DNA of 64,000 bases, taken from assembly GCA_963719225.1 (NCBI GenBank), contig CAVRAY010000001.1, positions 160,001-224,000 on the forward strand, in the 5' to 3' direction. A program made the translations under genes and the position numbers. Every line of letters begins with the position of its first letter. Positions within the stretch are counted from its first letter, which is position 1. This document shows, one piece after another, positions 49,666-59,860 of this stretch. The DNA is from Thermoanaerobaculia bacterium. GTDB taxonomy: Bacteria > Acidobacteriota > Thermoanaerobaculia > UBA5066. The notes under the pieces were generated by a model. That model saw nothing but the letters and a program-made list of their open reading frames with translations, had not been told where the DNA came from and did not search any database.

Positions 49666-51147
49666 ATGACCGACACGATTCCGCACGGCTCCCGATTCGG
49701 CGACTACGAGATCCTGGAGGAGCTCGGCGCCGGAGGCATGGGCAAGGTCTACCGCGCGCGCGATCTCACGCTGGACCGGCTCGTCGCGCTCAAGACGCTC
49801 GCCCTGCAGCTGTCCCAGGACTCGGGCTACGTGCAGCGCTTTCTCAAGGAGGCGCGCGCCGCCGCACGGTTGAACCATCCGAACATCGTGCAGATCTACG
49901 ACTTCGGGTGCGTCGACTCCATCTACTACCTCGCGATGGAGTTCGTGGACGGGCATTCTCTCGGCACGTACCTCAAACGCGGCCATTTCAGCGAGTCGGA
50001 ATCCATCCAGATCATCCGGCACGCGTGCCGCGCCCTGTCGGTCGCGCATGCTGACGGCATCGTCCATCGCGACATCAAACCCGACAACCTGATGCTGACG
50101 AGCCGCGGCGACGTGAAGCTCGTGGACCTCGGCATCGCGAAGCGTCTCGACGAGGAGGCATCGCTCACGCAGACGGGCCAGGCGATCGGAACGCCGCATT
50201 ACATCTCGCCCGAGCAGATCCGCGGGCAGCGGGACGTGGATTCCCGCGCCGACATCTATTCGCTCGGCGCGACGCTCTACCACCTCCTCACCGGGCACAC
50301 GCCGTACAAAGGATCGTCCGGTCCGATCGTCATGTCGATGCATCTCGTCGAGCCGTTGCCGGACCCGCGCCGGTTCGAGGCGAACCTCACGGAAGGCGTC
50401 TGCCGCGTCGTGCGCAAGATGATGGCGAAGAACCGCGACGAGAGGTACCCGGACGTCTATGCGCTCGACCTGGACCTCTATCGCCTCCAGTGCGGGGAAA
50501 CGCCGCAGCCGGAGGCCGGAGCCGCGCCGGCTGCCGAGGCGCGCGCGGGATCCGCCGCGTCTCCGGCCTACGTTCCCACGACCGTCGCCGCGTTCGATTC
50601 GGGAGTCCTGAACCGCATCGAGGAAAGCCTCGCGGCCGCCGTCGGTCCGATGGCGAAGGTTCTCGTCCGCAAGACCGCGCGACACGCGCCGAATTACGAG
50701 GCGCTCTGCGGCGAGCTCGCGCAGCAGGTCTCCGACCCGCGCGCGCGCGACACCTTTCTATCGAAATGTCTCCGCGCGGCGCGCACGCCCACGCCCGCGG
50801 GTCCGAGCGGGGCCGGCCGCATGACCCCCACGCACGGGAGCGAGGCGCCCACCCAGGCCCAAGGGCACAGTCCGTCCGTCGGATCGGGGTCCTCGCGCCA
50901 CTTCTCGCAGGAAGCCTACTTCGGCTCCGGCTCGGCTCCGAGGTCGATCGGCATCTCCGAGCAGGATCTCCACTTCGTGGAGATAGAGCTCGCGAAGCAG
51001 ATCGGCCCCCTCGCCCGCGTCGTCGTGAAACGCGCGGCGAAGACCACCGGCGTCCTGAACGACCTCATCTCGAAGCTGGAGCTCGAGATCCCGACGGACG
51101 ACAGCCGCCGCGCGTTCCGCGACGCGATGCGGAAGCACTTCCGCTAG
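49666..51147 (+). CDS. cytoplasmic Ser/Thr kinase with two C-terminal helical repeats
   Basis: HRDIKPDN, DLG, GTPHYISPEQ; VGPMAKVLVRK and IGPLARVVVKR repeats. Confidence 0.9.
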   Translation: MTDTIPHGSRFGDYEILEELGAGGMGKVYRARDLTLDRLVALKTLALQLSQDSGYVQRFLKEARAAARLNHPNIVQIYDFGCVDSIYYLAMEFVDGHSLGTYLKRGHFSESESIQIIRHACRALSVAHADGIVHRDIKPDNLMLTSRGDVKLVDLGIAKRLDEEASLTQTGQAIGTPHYISPEQIRGQRDVDSRADIYSLGATLYHLLTGHTPYKGSSGPIVMSMHLVEPLPDPRRFEANLTEGVCRVVRKMMAKNRDERYPDVYALDLDLYRLQCGETPQPEAGAAPAAEARAGSAASPAYVPTTVAAFDSGVLNRIEESLAAAVGPMAKVLVRKTARHAPNYEALCGELAQQVSDPRARDTFLSKCLRAARTPTPAGPSGAGRMTPTHGSEAPTQAQGHSPSVGSGSSRHFSQEAYFGSGSAPRSIGISEQDLHFVEIELAKQIGPLARVVVKRAAKTTGVLNDLISKLELEIPTDDSRRAFRDAMRKHFR

Positions 51148-51172
51148 GCCGTCCGAAGGTCAGGAGTCGGGG

Positions 51173-51607
51173 CTAATCCACGACCTCGATCTTGGGGTCG
51201 ATCTCCTTCGCCTTGTCTGGGGGGTCACCCCAAAGCACGAGCTTGGCCGTATAGGGGAAGACCCCCTTGTTTTTCGCGCGCTCGGACTTCAGGACCTTCT
51301 TCTCGTGCTTGGGAGGGGTGTCGAAAGGCGATCCGCCGCCGAACGAAACCTCCACGTCGCCATCCGGCGAGGCCCAAACGACCCAGTCCTTGTTCTTGCG
51401 GAGGGTAATTTTCTTATCCTCCGCCGGATCGAGTATTTCTCCCCTGCCCGTGTCCTTGTTGTAAATGACGATTACGGCAACCGCGTGGCCGGTATCGAGG
51501 ACGACGGGTTTGTCCTCCCGCTTGTTGCAGCCCGGCAGGGTCAGGGCCGATGCGCCAAGAAGGAAAACGGCCGCGAGGAGGACGGGAAACCGCTTCGAGA
51601 TCTTCAT
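51173..51607 (-). CDS. small lipoprotein, translationally coupled to the upstream kinase
   Basis: MKISKRF..LTLPGC lipobox-like; ATGA overlap with the kinase stop; GGAG RBS. Confidence 0.75.
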   Translation of the reverse strand: MKISKRFPVLLAAVFLLGASALTLPGCNKREDKPVVLDTGHAVAVIVIYNKDTGRGEILDPAEDKKITLRKNKDWVVWASPDGDVEVSFGGGSPFDTPPKHEKKVLKSERAKNKGVFPYTAKLVLWGDPPDKAKEIDPKIEVVD

Positions 51608-54240
51608 CTTTTCTCTCCTGTTGACGGGGGAACGGCGGTGAGAGTCGGAGCGAGGGACGCGAGCCTTTGGAAATCCGGCTCGCTGCGGAGCGGTATGAAA
51701 TCCGGGTCGTGCTGGATCTCGACGAGGCCGTAACCGCGTGCGACGGCCTTCTGGAGCCACGCGAGGGCCTCGGCTTTCCTTCCGAGAACCATCGCGGCGG
51801 CTGCGGCGGGCTCGAGGACCTCCTGATCCTCCGGAGCGAGCGCGACGCCTCGCCGGATCTCGGACCATGCCCGTTCGGAGGCTCCCGTCCGGGCGAGACA
51901 CCGGCCGAGGAAGACGATGCTCACCGCGTCGGCGGGGTTCACGGTCAGCTCCGCCGTCACGAGCGGAAGCGCCGCCTCGTACGCGGCGCGCGCGCGCCCG
52001 GCTTGCTCCGGGCTCTGCGAGAGCGCGTCGCCGAGGTAGATGTGCCAGCGGTAGTTCTTGGGCGCGAGGTCCGCAGCGCGCTGGAAGGACGCTGCCGCCT
52101 CGGGGAACCGGCCCAGCAGATAGTGCGCGACGCCGAGGTTCGAGTACGCCTCGGCCACCGGGAGGATCCGGATCGAGTCGTCGAGGGCCGCGCGTGCTTC
52201 CTCGAACCGCCCCAGGCGCAAGAGCGCCGCCCCGAGGTTCTGGTGCACCTTCGCGACGTCCGGGTTCAAGGCGATCGCGCGCCGGTAGGCGGCGGCGGCG
52301 CTCTCGTAGCGGCTCGTGCGCCAATAGAGGTTGCCGAGCCGGTTGAACGCGTTCCACGACGTGGACCGAAGCTCGACGAGGCGGAGAAGCGACCGTTCCG
52401 CTCCGGCGATGTCCTGGCTCTTCTGAAGCGCGGACGCCAGGGCGAGAATCGCGGCCACGGAGCTCGGGTCGCGGTCGACGGCCTTCCGGAGGACGGCGAT
52501 CGCGTCGGCGCTCCGGCCGGTCGCCGTCAGGACTTCGCCCAGCGTCACCTGCGCCTCGGGGAGTTCCGGGTCGAGCGTGCTCGCGCGCTGCGCGGCCTGC
52601 TGCGCGAAGCTGGCGAGAGTCACGTCCTTCGTGAGGTTGTAGGAATACAGGTACGCCCGTCCGAGCGCGGCTTGCACGGGCGCCGAGCCTTCGCCTCCGG
52701 GAATTCGCGTGAGGAGCGAGATCGCTTTCTCGACAGAGGCCCTGTCCTCGGACCTCTCCAGGTGCCCGAGCGCCACGACGTAGTCCGTCTGCGGCGGGCC
52801 TGCGGGGACCGACGAAGGCGCAGGGATCGGGACCGCGCCTCCCGACGCGAGGTGGACCTTGAGCGCCGACGCGAGCTTCACCGTGAGCTCGTCCTCGAGA
52901 CGGAAATGTTCGGCCGCGGGTCCGGTCACCTCGCCCGCGGCGATCTGGACGGGAGAGCCCGCGAGCGAGATCGAAAACGAAAGCTGGCGCGTGTCGCCCA
53001 TCTGCCGGACGGCGGGCTGGACGAGGAGGTTTGCGCCCGTGTCGCGCGCCCACTTCGCGACGTCCGTCTCCCTGAGCATCGCCGGGCCCGAGGGCCGCAT
53101 GATCGCGAGTCCCTGGATGCTCTGGAGCTTCACGCCGAGGCTGAACGACACCCCGTCGCAGAGCTGCCGCCCGTCCTCGCGGCCCGTGAGGTCCGTCGCC
53201 GGCAGGATCGCGAGCATCTTCGAAGCGGGCAGGGCCTTCCCGTCGCGGCCGCGCACGGACACCCAGAGGAGCGCGGCGACGACGGCGAGGAACGCGCCCC
53301 CCGCGGCGACGAGCATCCGGCGGCCTCCGCGGCGCGCGAAGGATCCGGAGCGGCGTTCCAACGGAACGATGGCCGTCGTGCGCGAGCCCGCCGCGGCCTC
53401 GAGGAAGGCGCGCGTCTCGCTCACGTTCGCCGGGCGGTCGACGGGGTCCTTCCGGAGAAGGCGTCTGATCAGATCTCGCAAGGGAAGCGGCGTCGCGGCC
53501 GGCAGGGCGGCCCAGTCCGGATCCCGGTCGAGGATCGCGACGAGGATGTCCGAGAGGCTCTCGCCGTCGAAAGCTTTCTTCCCCGCGAGCATCTCGTAGA
53601 GGACGCATCCAAACGACCAGAGGTCCGAGCGGGCGTCGAGCGTGCGGCTGCGCGCCTGCTCGGGGCTCATGTAGCTCGCGGTCCCGAGGACGACGCCCTG
53701 ATGCGTCGCATCGGCCGCGGCCGTCGGCGAATGCGAAATATCGGGCGAGGCGCTGCCGAGCGCGAAAGCCTTCGCGAGACCGAAGTCGAGGAGCTTCACT
53801 TTTCCCTCTGGCGTCACGACGACGTTCGCGGGCTTCAGGTCGCGGTGGAGGATCCCCTTGGCGTGCGCGGCCTCGAGCGCATCGGCGATCTGGAGAGAAA
53901 TGCGCAGCACCTCGCTCGCGGAAAGGGGCGCGCGCATGATGCGCTGCTTGAGCGTCTCGCCGCTCACGAGCTCGAGGACGAGAATGCGGAGGTCGTCGAT
54001 CTCCTCGAGGTTGTAGATCGCCGCGATGCTCGGATGGTTCAGAGAAGCGAGGACGTGCGCCTCGCGCGTGAAGCGGGCGAGCCGATCGGCGTCCTTCGCG
54101 AACGCCGCCGGCATGATCTTGAGCGCCACTTCGCGCTGGAGACGCGTGTCGCGCGCGCGCCAGACCTCGCCCATGCCTCCGGCTCCGAGAGGGCCGAGGA
54201 TCTCGTAGGCCCCGAGGCGGGCGCCCGGTCTGATCAGCAT
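51604..54240 (-). CDS. membrane Ser/Thr kinase with TPR domain
   Basis: ATG at 54240 MLIRPGARLGAYEIL; HRDLKPAN, DFG, TM, multiple TPRs. Confidence 0.9.
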   Translation of the reverse strand: MLIRPGARLGAYEILGPLGAGGMGEVWRARDTRLQREVALKIMPAAFAKDADRLARFTREAHVLASLNHPSIAAIYNLEEIDDLRILVLELVSGETLKQRIMRAPLSASEVLRISLQIADALEAAHAKGILHRDLKPANVVVTPEGKVKLLDFGLAKAFALGSASPDISHSPTAAADATHQGVVLGTASYMSPEQARSRTLDARSDLWSFGCVLYEMLAGKKAFDGESLSDILVAILDRDPDWAALPAATPLPLRDLIRRLLRKDPVDRPANVSETRAFLEAAAGSRTTAIVPLERRSGSFARRGGRRMLVAAGGAFLAVVAALLWVSVRGRDGKALPASKMLAILPATDLTGREDGRQLCDGVSFSLGVKLQSIQGLAIMRPSGPAMLRETDVAKWARDTGANLLVQPAVRQMGDTRQLSFSISLAGSPVQIAAGEVTGPAAEHFRLEDELTVKLASALKVHLASGGAVPIPAPSSVPAGPPQTDYVVALGHLERSEDRASVEKAISLLTRIPGGEGSAPVQAALGRAYLYSYNLTKDVTLASFAQQAAQRASTLDPELPEAQVTLGEVLTATGRSADAIAVLRKAVDRDPSSVAAILALASALQKSQDIAGAERSLLRLVELRSTSWNAFNRLGNLYWRTSRYESAAAAYRRAIALNPDVAKVHQNLGAALLRLGRFEEARAALDDSIRILPVAEAYSNLGVAHYLLGRFPEAAASFQRAADLAPKNYRWHIYLGDALSQSPEQAGRARAAYEAALPLVTAELTVNPADAVSIVFLGRCLARTGASERAWSEIRRGVALAPEDQEVLEPAAAAAMVLGRKAEALAWLQKAVARGYGLVEIQHDPDFIPLRSEPDFQRLASLAPTLTAVPPSTGEKR

Positions 54241-54300
54241 GTCGTCATCGGAGATTATCTCGTCCAGCCGTGCGCGTTTCGTTAGACTGGCCGGCATTCC

Positions 54301-55719
54301 ATGAGGATCCCGTGGATCGCGAGTCTCGTTCTCGCGTGCGCCGTCGGCGCGCCGGCCGGCCGCGGCGAAAGTGCGGAGGCATCCGCGCTCTGGAACGCGT
54401 GGCCGCACACGGTCGAGGTTTCGCCGTTCGCGCTCAAGCACGAGGACCTGCGCGTACGGCTCTCCGCCCTCGCCGCGCGGCATCCCGGGCTCTTCGCGGT
54501 CGCCGAGGAGGGCGTTTCGGCCGAAGGGCGGAAGATTCCCCTTCTCGTCGCCGGCTCGGGTCCGACGACGGCTCTCCTCTGGTCGCAAATGCACGGCGAC
54601 GAGCCGACGGCGACGAGCGCGCTCCTGGACATCCTCGAGCATCTCGGAAGGACGAGGAAGACGCCCGAGACCGAGAGACTCCTGTCGCGACTCACGCTCG
54701 CGATCATCCCCATGCTCAACCCCGACGGTGCCGCGCGAACGCGGCGCACGAACGCGCAGGGCATCGACATCAACCGCGATGCGTTGCGCCTCCAGACGCC
54801 CGAAGGCCGCTTTCTCAAGTCCGTGCGCGACCGGCTGAAACCCTCGATCGGATACAACCTCCACAACCACAGCCCGAACGTGACGGCGGGGAAGAGCGGC
54901 AAGCAGGTCGCGATCTCGCTTCTCTCCGTCCCGTTCGACGACGCATTCACCGTGAACGAGGGACGCCGGACGACCATGCGGATGGCCGTCCTGATCCGGC
55001 GGCTTCTCGAGCCGTGGGCGAAGGATCGCGTGGCCCGTTACGACATGGACTACACCGCGCGCGCCTTCGGCGACTCGATGACGCGATGGGGCACGCCGAC
55101 GCTTCTCATCGAGACGGGCGGGTTCTTCGGACCCGGCGAGGCGGACGTGCTCGTGCGCCTCAATTTCGTGGCGCTCCTCGGCACGCTTCACGCGCTCGCG
55201 GACGCCTCGATCGCGAACGTGGACGCCGGGGCATACGACGCGATTCCTCTCAACACGCGGGACCGTCTGTTCGACATCCTCCTTCGCAACGCGCGCGTCA
55301 TCGGAGGCGGCGGCCTCCCGGCGTTTCACGCGGACGTGGGCCTGAACGTCGCGTCCACGCGTCCCGGCTTTTCGGGTCCGTCTCCGCGCGGAATGCGCGG
55401 AGGCGTCCTCGAGGTGGGCGACCTGACGGAGTTCCTCGGCAAGACGGAGCTCGATCTGGGCGGCCGGCTTCTCGTCGTCGCGCCGCCGGGAGGCGAGGAC
55501 GGCTGGAGAAAGACGCTCGCCCGCCTCGCGGGCCGGGGACTCGTGACGGCGGACGGCCTCCTCGCGCTCTCCGAGCCGGACCTTTCCGCCGAGGCGAGGG
55601 TGTGGCTCGGCGGGGCCGCGCCGCTCGCTCCCGGTTACGGCGGGGATTTCCTCGTCCTCGCGCCGGCGGGTGCCGGCCGGTTCCGCGTCGAGCGCCGGAT
55701 TTCGCCCGTCGAGCCCTGA
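54301..55719 (+). CDS. M14 zinc carboxypeptidase, exported
   Basis: HGDE, NPDG, NRD, LHN, IETG; signal peptide. Confidence 0.88.
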   Translation: MRIPWIASLVLACAVGAPAGRGESAEASALWNAWPHTVEVSPFALKHEDLRVRLSALAARHPGLFAVAEEGVSAEGRKIPLLVAGSGPTTALLWSQMHGDEPTATSALLDILEHLGRTRKTPETERLLSRLTLAIIPMLNPDGAARTRRTNAQGIDINRDALRLQTPEGRFLKSVRDRLKPSIGYNLHNHSPNVTAGKSGKQVAISLLSVPFDDAFTVNEGRRTTMRMAVLIRRLLEPWAKDRVARYDMDYTARAFGDSMTRWGTPTLLIETGGFFGPGEADVLVRLNFVALLGTLHALADASIANVDAGAYDAIPLNTRDRLFDILLRNARVIGGGGLPAFHADVGLNVASTRPGFSGPSPRGMRGGVLEVGDLTEFLGKTELDLGGRLLVVAPPGGEDGWRKTLARLAGRGLVTADGLLALSEPDLSAEARVWLGGAAPLAPGYGGDFLVLAPAGAGRFRVERRISPVEP

Positions 55720-55723
55720 CGCC

Positions 55724-56812
55724 TCAGCCCGAGGCGCCGACGACGTCCCGCACGTACCCGAGACGCCGCATCCCGACGAGAACGATGTCCACGCCCGGCG
55801 TTTCGAGGAGCGCACGCAGCGTGCGCTGAGAGAGGCTCGAGCCTTCGATGCGCGCGGGCGCGAATGCCGTGTCCAGATACGACGCGAGGGACCCGACGCG
55901 CTCCGCGTCCCACGCCGCGTCGCGTCCCAGCTCGCGGAGGATGTCGGGCGCCAGGGCCGCGAACCGCACGAGTCCCCGGGCGGAAAACGCGTTCAGAGGC
56001 CGGTTCACGAGGACGCCGAGACCCGCGCTCTTCGCGACTTCCAGGACGCTCTTCCCGTCCGCCGTGTGAATCGGCTCGCGCGCTCCCGTTTCGAGCGGAT
56101 TGAAGGGAAGCTGAACGACGGCGAAGCCCGGCCCCGCTCTTTCGAGGACGCGCTCGAGCGAGACCGCGTCCTCTTTCTCGTGCGGCACGACGAAGGTGTT
56201 CGACGAGATGCCGTACGACCCGATGCGACCGGCGGCCACCTCCGATTCGAGATGCGCAAGAGCCCGCGAGATGCGCTCGTAGAACGCCGCGCGCGCCTCG
56301 TCCCGCGGCACGCCGCGGTGGGCAGCGTCCATCAGAAAGTACTCGGGGTTGTGGAGGAGAAGAACGTCGACCTTCCCGAGATCGAGCCTTTCGAGCGAAG
56401 CTGTCAGCTGGTCGGCGAGAAAGTCGGGAGAGATCGAGTGCCAGCAATCCGGCGCGTACTCGGTCATCTCGCTCCACGGCCGCCCCGCGCGTGCCCGGCG
56501 GATCGCCTCGCGCTGGTTCGACCCCTGGACGTAGCCCGCCTTCGTCACGAGAACGAGATCCTCGCGCCGGGCGGCGCCGCGTCCCAGGACGTCCTTCACG
56601 ACCTCGCCGACGAGGATCTCGCTGTGGCCGTCGGCGTAATTCGTGGAGGTGTCCACGAGCGAGATCCCCGAGACGAGCGCCTCGCGCAGGGCCTCGCGGT
56701 GGACGTCGGTACGGTCATCCACGCGGTATCCGCCGAAGCCGATCCTCGAGACGCGCGGATGAACGCGGCCGAGGGGGCCGTACGCCGACTCGGGAAGCCG
56801 TGAAAGGGCCAT
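55724..56812 (-). CDS. aldo/keto reductase family protein
   Basis: IGFGGYR, DTSTNY.DGHSE, TKAGY, LHNPE; ATG at 56812. Confidence 0.85.
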   Translation of the reverse strand: MALSRLPESAYGPLGRVHPRVSRIGFGGYRVDDRTDVHREALREALVSGISLVDTSTNYADGHSEILVGEVVKDVLGRGAARREDLVLVTKAGYVQGSNQREAIRRARAGRPWSEMTEYAPDCWHSISPDFLADQLTASLERLDLGKVDVLLLHNPEYFLMDAAHRGVPRDEARAAFYERISRALAHLESEVAAGRIGSYGISSNTFVVPHEKEDAVSLERVLERAGPGFAVVQLPFNPLETGAREPIHTADGKSVLEVAKSAGLGVLVNRPLNAFSARGLVRFAALAPDILRELGRDAAWDAERVGSLASYLDTAFAPARIEGSSLSQRTLRALLETPGVDIVLVGMRRLGYVRDVVGASG

Positions 56813-56819
56813 CGGAGCG

Positions 56820-57938
56820 ATGTTAGGCTCGTACGTGTCCCGGCGTCCTCTCCTCTTGGCGGCGCTTCTCGCGACCCTCGCGCTGGCTGCCGCCTGGGGA
56901 CCGTTCCTCTCGAACATGGACGTGGTCGTGCGCCACTTCGACGGCCCGAACTATCTCGTCGTCGCGAAGACTCTTTACGTGCCCACGACCCAGAACCCTC
57001 TGCCGGGTTACGCCCTGACGCCTTCCTACTTCACGGCGCACACGCCGCTCTATCCGATGGTCCTGAAGGCCTGCGCGCTCCTGGGAGGCTGGAAGGCGGG
57101 TCTCTTCGTCGCGACGGGCCTTCTCGCCGCCGTGTCGGCAGCGGCGTTCGCGGTTTACGCGAAGGAGGCCGCTCCGGAGATTCCGACCCTCGTCGCGGTT
57201 CTTGCATTCCTCTTTCTGCCCGCGCGGATGTTCCTGTACCGCGCGCTCGGGGCGAGCGAAGCGCTCATGTCGCTTCTCGTCGTCCTCGCCGTTCTCGCCT
57301 GGCGCCGGGGACGCGTGGACTGGGCGCTCTTCGCCGCGGCCCTCGCCACGGTCACGCGCACGAACGGGGTTCTCGTGGTTTGCGTTCTCTGCATCGCGCT
57401 TCTCTTCTCGGGTCGTGTGAAGACCGCGCTTCTCGGGGGCGCCCTCGCGGCCGTGCCTCTGCTTCTTCTCTTTTCCTGGCATCGATATCTCTTCGGCGAT
57501 TTCCTCGCGCTCCTCCACGTCCATGCCGATAGCGCCGGAGGAACGGGTCGCCTGGGCCTTCCGTTCGCCTTCGTCGGCGAGATGGCCGCGCGGAACGACT
57601 GGGAGACGGCGGAGCTGCTGCTCGGCCTGCATCTCTTCTACGTCCTGTGTGCGGCGCGGCTCTTCGCGAGGGGAGACCGGCTCGAGGCCGGCCTCATCGC
57701 CGCGCACGTCGCCTTGTTCTCGCTCCTCCGTGAACGCGACCTCGCCCGGTACTACCTGACGGTTGCTCCGTTCGCCGTCGTCGTCGCGTGGCGCGACGTC
57801 TGGAGCCGGCCGCGTCTCGCCGCGGCGGTTATCGCCATCCTTGCGCCTCTTTCCGTCTATTACGCCTGGAAGACGATTCCGATGAACCTGTGCAGCGAAC
57901 CCGCCTACCGGGCCCTGCTCTCGTTTCTCGCTTCCTGA
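56820..57938 (+). CDS. GT-C-type membrane glycosyltransferase-like protein
   Basis: FDGPNYL, PLYP, SEAL, TRTNG; many TMs; start may instead be GTG at 56835. Confidence 0.65.
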   Translation: MLGSYVSRRPLLLAALLATLALAAAWGPFLSNMDVVVRHFDGPNYLVVAKTLYVPTTQNPLPGYALTPSYFTAHTPLYPMVLKACALLGGWKAGLFVATGLLAAVSAAAFAVYAKEAAPEIPTLVAVLAFLFLPARMFLYRALGASEALMSLLVVLAVLAWRRGRVDWALFAAALATVTRTNGVLVVCVLCIALLFSGRVKTALLGGALAAVPLLLLFSWHRYLFGDFLALLHVHADSAGGTGRLGLPFAFVGEMAARNDWETAELLLGLHLFYVLCAARLFARGDRLEAGLIAAHVALFSLLRERDLARYYLTVAPFAVVVAWRDVWSRPRLAAAVIAILAPLSVYYAWKTIPMNLCSEPAYRALLSFLAS

Positions 57939-58384
57939 CGCCTTCCCCCGGCGCGGTCGCAGTAGCGCGCCCAGATCGTCGCGGCGGCCAGCAGGATCAC
58001 GCCCACGGTCGTCACGAGGAACACCGCTACCGGCCGGGCCTTGTGAGCGGGAGGGACGGAAAGCGAGGAGATGAGGCGCTCGGCGCTCGTCGTCTGGCGC
58101 GCCTCGGTTTCGAAGACGGCCTCGACCTCGCCGAAGCGCACCGCCGACCCCTTGACGAGCGGCGCCTCCTGGACGCGCGTCCCGGCCACGCTCGTGCCGT
58201 TGGCGCTGCCGAGGTCGCGCACGACCCAGCCCTTCGGCGTCTTTTCCACGAGGGCATGACGGCGCGAGACCGAGCGGCTCGAGAGGGGGACGTCGCAGTC
58301 CGGGTCTCGTCCGACGACCGCCTGCTGCTCGAAAACGTATCGCCGCGCGGCGCCCTCGTCGCGGACGGTCAGGACACCCGGCAT
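57905..58384 (-). CDS. FHA domain membrane protein
   Basis: VGR, SRRHA, DLGSANGT; C-terminal TM. Confidence 0.88.
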   Translation of the reverse strand: MPGVLTVRDEGAARRYVFEQQAVVGRDPDCDVPLSSRSVSRRHALVEKTPKGWVVRDLGSANGTSVAGTRVQEAPLVKGSAVRFGEVEAVFETEARQTTSAERLISSLSVPPAHKARPVAVFLVTTVGVILLAAATIWARYCDRAGGRRQEARNESRAR

Positions 58385-58407
58385 CGTTCTCTTCCTCTCG
58401 CGGAATC

Positions 58408-59781
58408 TTATGCCGGGCGTGGGACGGCGGCTGAATCGTCATCGGAGACGGGAGGCCCGAGGACGAACGCCACGTCCCCGACGTTCGTTTCGGTCGGACC
58501 GGGGGAGAACGCGTCGCCGAGCGCCTGGAAGAACGGTCCGGTGTCGTTCTCGAGGAGCGCGCGCTCGGGATCGAGGCCGAGAGCGCCGGCGCGCGCGAGC
58601 GTGGTCCCGTCGACGAATGCGCCCGCGGCATCCGACTCGTGATCGACGCCGTCCGTTCCCGCGCACAGGATCGCGACGCCGGGAGCCTCCGCGATCTCGC
58701 GGGCGGCGGCGAGCGCAGCCTCGCGATTTCGCCCCCCATGGCCTTGACCCTTGACGGTGACGGTCGTCTCGCCCCCGAGGATCGTCACGTGACGCTTCTG
58801 CGCGAGCGCCGACCTCTGGCGTCTCAGGTCTCCCGCGGCGGCACCCGCGAACGCGAGCCGCCCGCCCGCGACGCGGGCCTCGCCCGAGAGAAGCTCGTGC
58901 ACGACGCGCGGCTCGATGCCGAGGCGCAGCGCTTCGGTCCGAGCGCCTTCGAGCGCCGTCCGCACGTCCGCGAGGAGCACGCTCCAGCGCGGCCCTCCCA
59001 CGCGCGTGGGCGCGGGCTCATGCCCGTACGAGAGGTGCGCGCGCACGGAGGGAGGTACGAGGGGCGCGATCCGGAACCGCTCGAGGATGGCGCGCGCTTC
59101 GGAAGGCCGCGTCGGCCAGCCGAGCGTCGGACCCGAGGCGACGAGATGCCAGCCGGCATCGCCGAGGTCGGAAAGCACGAGCGTCAGGACGTCGGCGGCA
59201 CCCGCGGCCGCTGCGAGACGCCCTCCCTTGACGCGCGACAGCGCGGCGCGCACGGCATTCACGTCGGCGATCGGAGCGCCCGCCGCCAGAAGCAGCGCCG
59301 ACGTCTTCACCTTGTCCTCGAGCGGGATCCCCGGCGCCGGCGCGCACAGAAGGCTCGAGCCGCCCCCCGAGAGGAGAACGACGAAGAGCTCGTCCTTCCC
59401 GAGCGAGTTCGCGAGCGAAAGGGCGGCCTCCCCCGCGAGGAGGCTTCCCGCGTCGGGAAGCGGATGTCGGGCCGCGATCGTGCGCGTCGAGGGAGGCAGG
59501 GTACGGAAGGCAGCGCCCTCGGGCGCGACGACGAGCATCTCGTCGATGCGCGAGCCCAGCGTCGTGTGCGCGGCGGCCGCCATCGGGACCGCCGCCTTGC
59601 CCACGGCCAGCACCACGACGCGGGAAGGCGCGAAGACGAACTCGCGCCGCGTGCGCGACGACACGGAACGGACGAAGACTCCGGTTCCGCGGCGCCCGAG
59701 CGCCTGGGAAACGAGAGCCGCCGGATCGACGGCCGCAACGGCAGCGCGATAGAGCCGTGTGAGAATTTCGCGCGCGTCCAC
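58408..59781 (-). CDS. glycerate kinase type 2 (DUF4147/MOFRL)
   Basis: GKAA, LSGGGSSL, KGGRLA, GGETTV, GGRNRE, GTDG. Confidence 0.88.
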   Translation of the reverse strand: MDAREILTRLYRAAVAAVDPAALVSQALGRRGTGVFVRSVSSRTRREFVFAPSRVVVLAVGKAAVPMAAAAHTTLGSRIDEMLVVAPEGAAFRTLPPSTRTIAARHPLPDAGSLLAGEAALSLANSLGKDELFVVLLSGGGSSLLCAPAPGIPLEDKVKTSALLLAAGAPIADVNAVRAALSRVKGGRLAAAAGAADVLTLVLSDLGDAGWHLVASGPTLGWPTRPSEARAILERFRIAPLVPPSVRAHLSYGHEPAPTRVGGPRWSVLLADVRTALEGARTEALRLGIEPRVVHELLSGEARVAGGRLAFAGAAAGDLRRQRSALAQKRHVTILGGETTVTVKGQGHGGRNREAALAAAREIAEAPGVAILCAGTDGVDHESDAAGAFVDGTTLARAGALGLDPERALLENDTGPFFQALGDAFSPGPTETNVGDVAFVLGPPVSDDDSAAVPRPA

Positions 59782-59860
59782 GAGCCGCGCAGTCTATCGG
59801 AGGTGCTTCTCGGGAGTAAGATCGTTCGGGGCCGCGCCCGGCGGCGCAGGGAGATTCAAC

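Noticed and set aside
51604-55815. Apparent 1403-aa kinase
   Set aside because: The first 525 codons are antisense to the M14 peptidase; the kinase starts at 54240.
56812-56835. Only 7 bp between divergent starts of the AKR and membrane GT genes
   Set aside because: Start codons are uncertain (GTG at 56835 is an alternative), so no firm claim of overlapping promoters.
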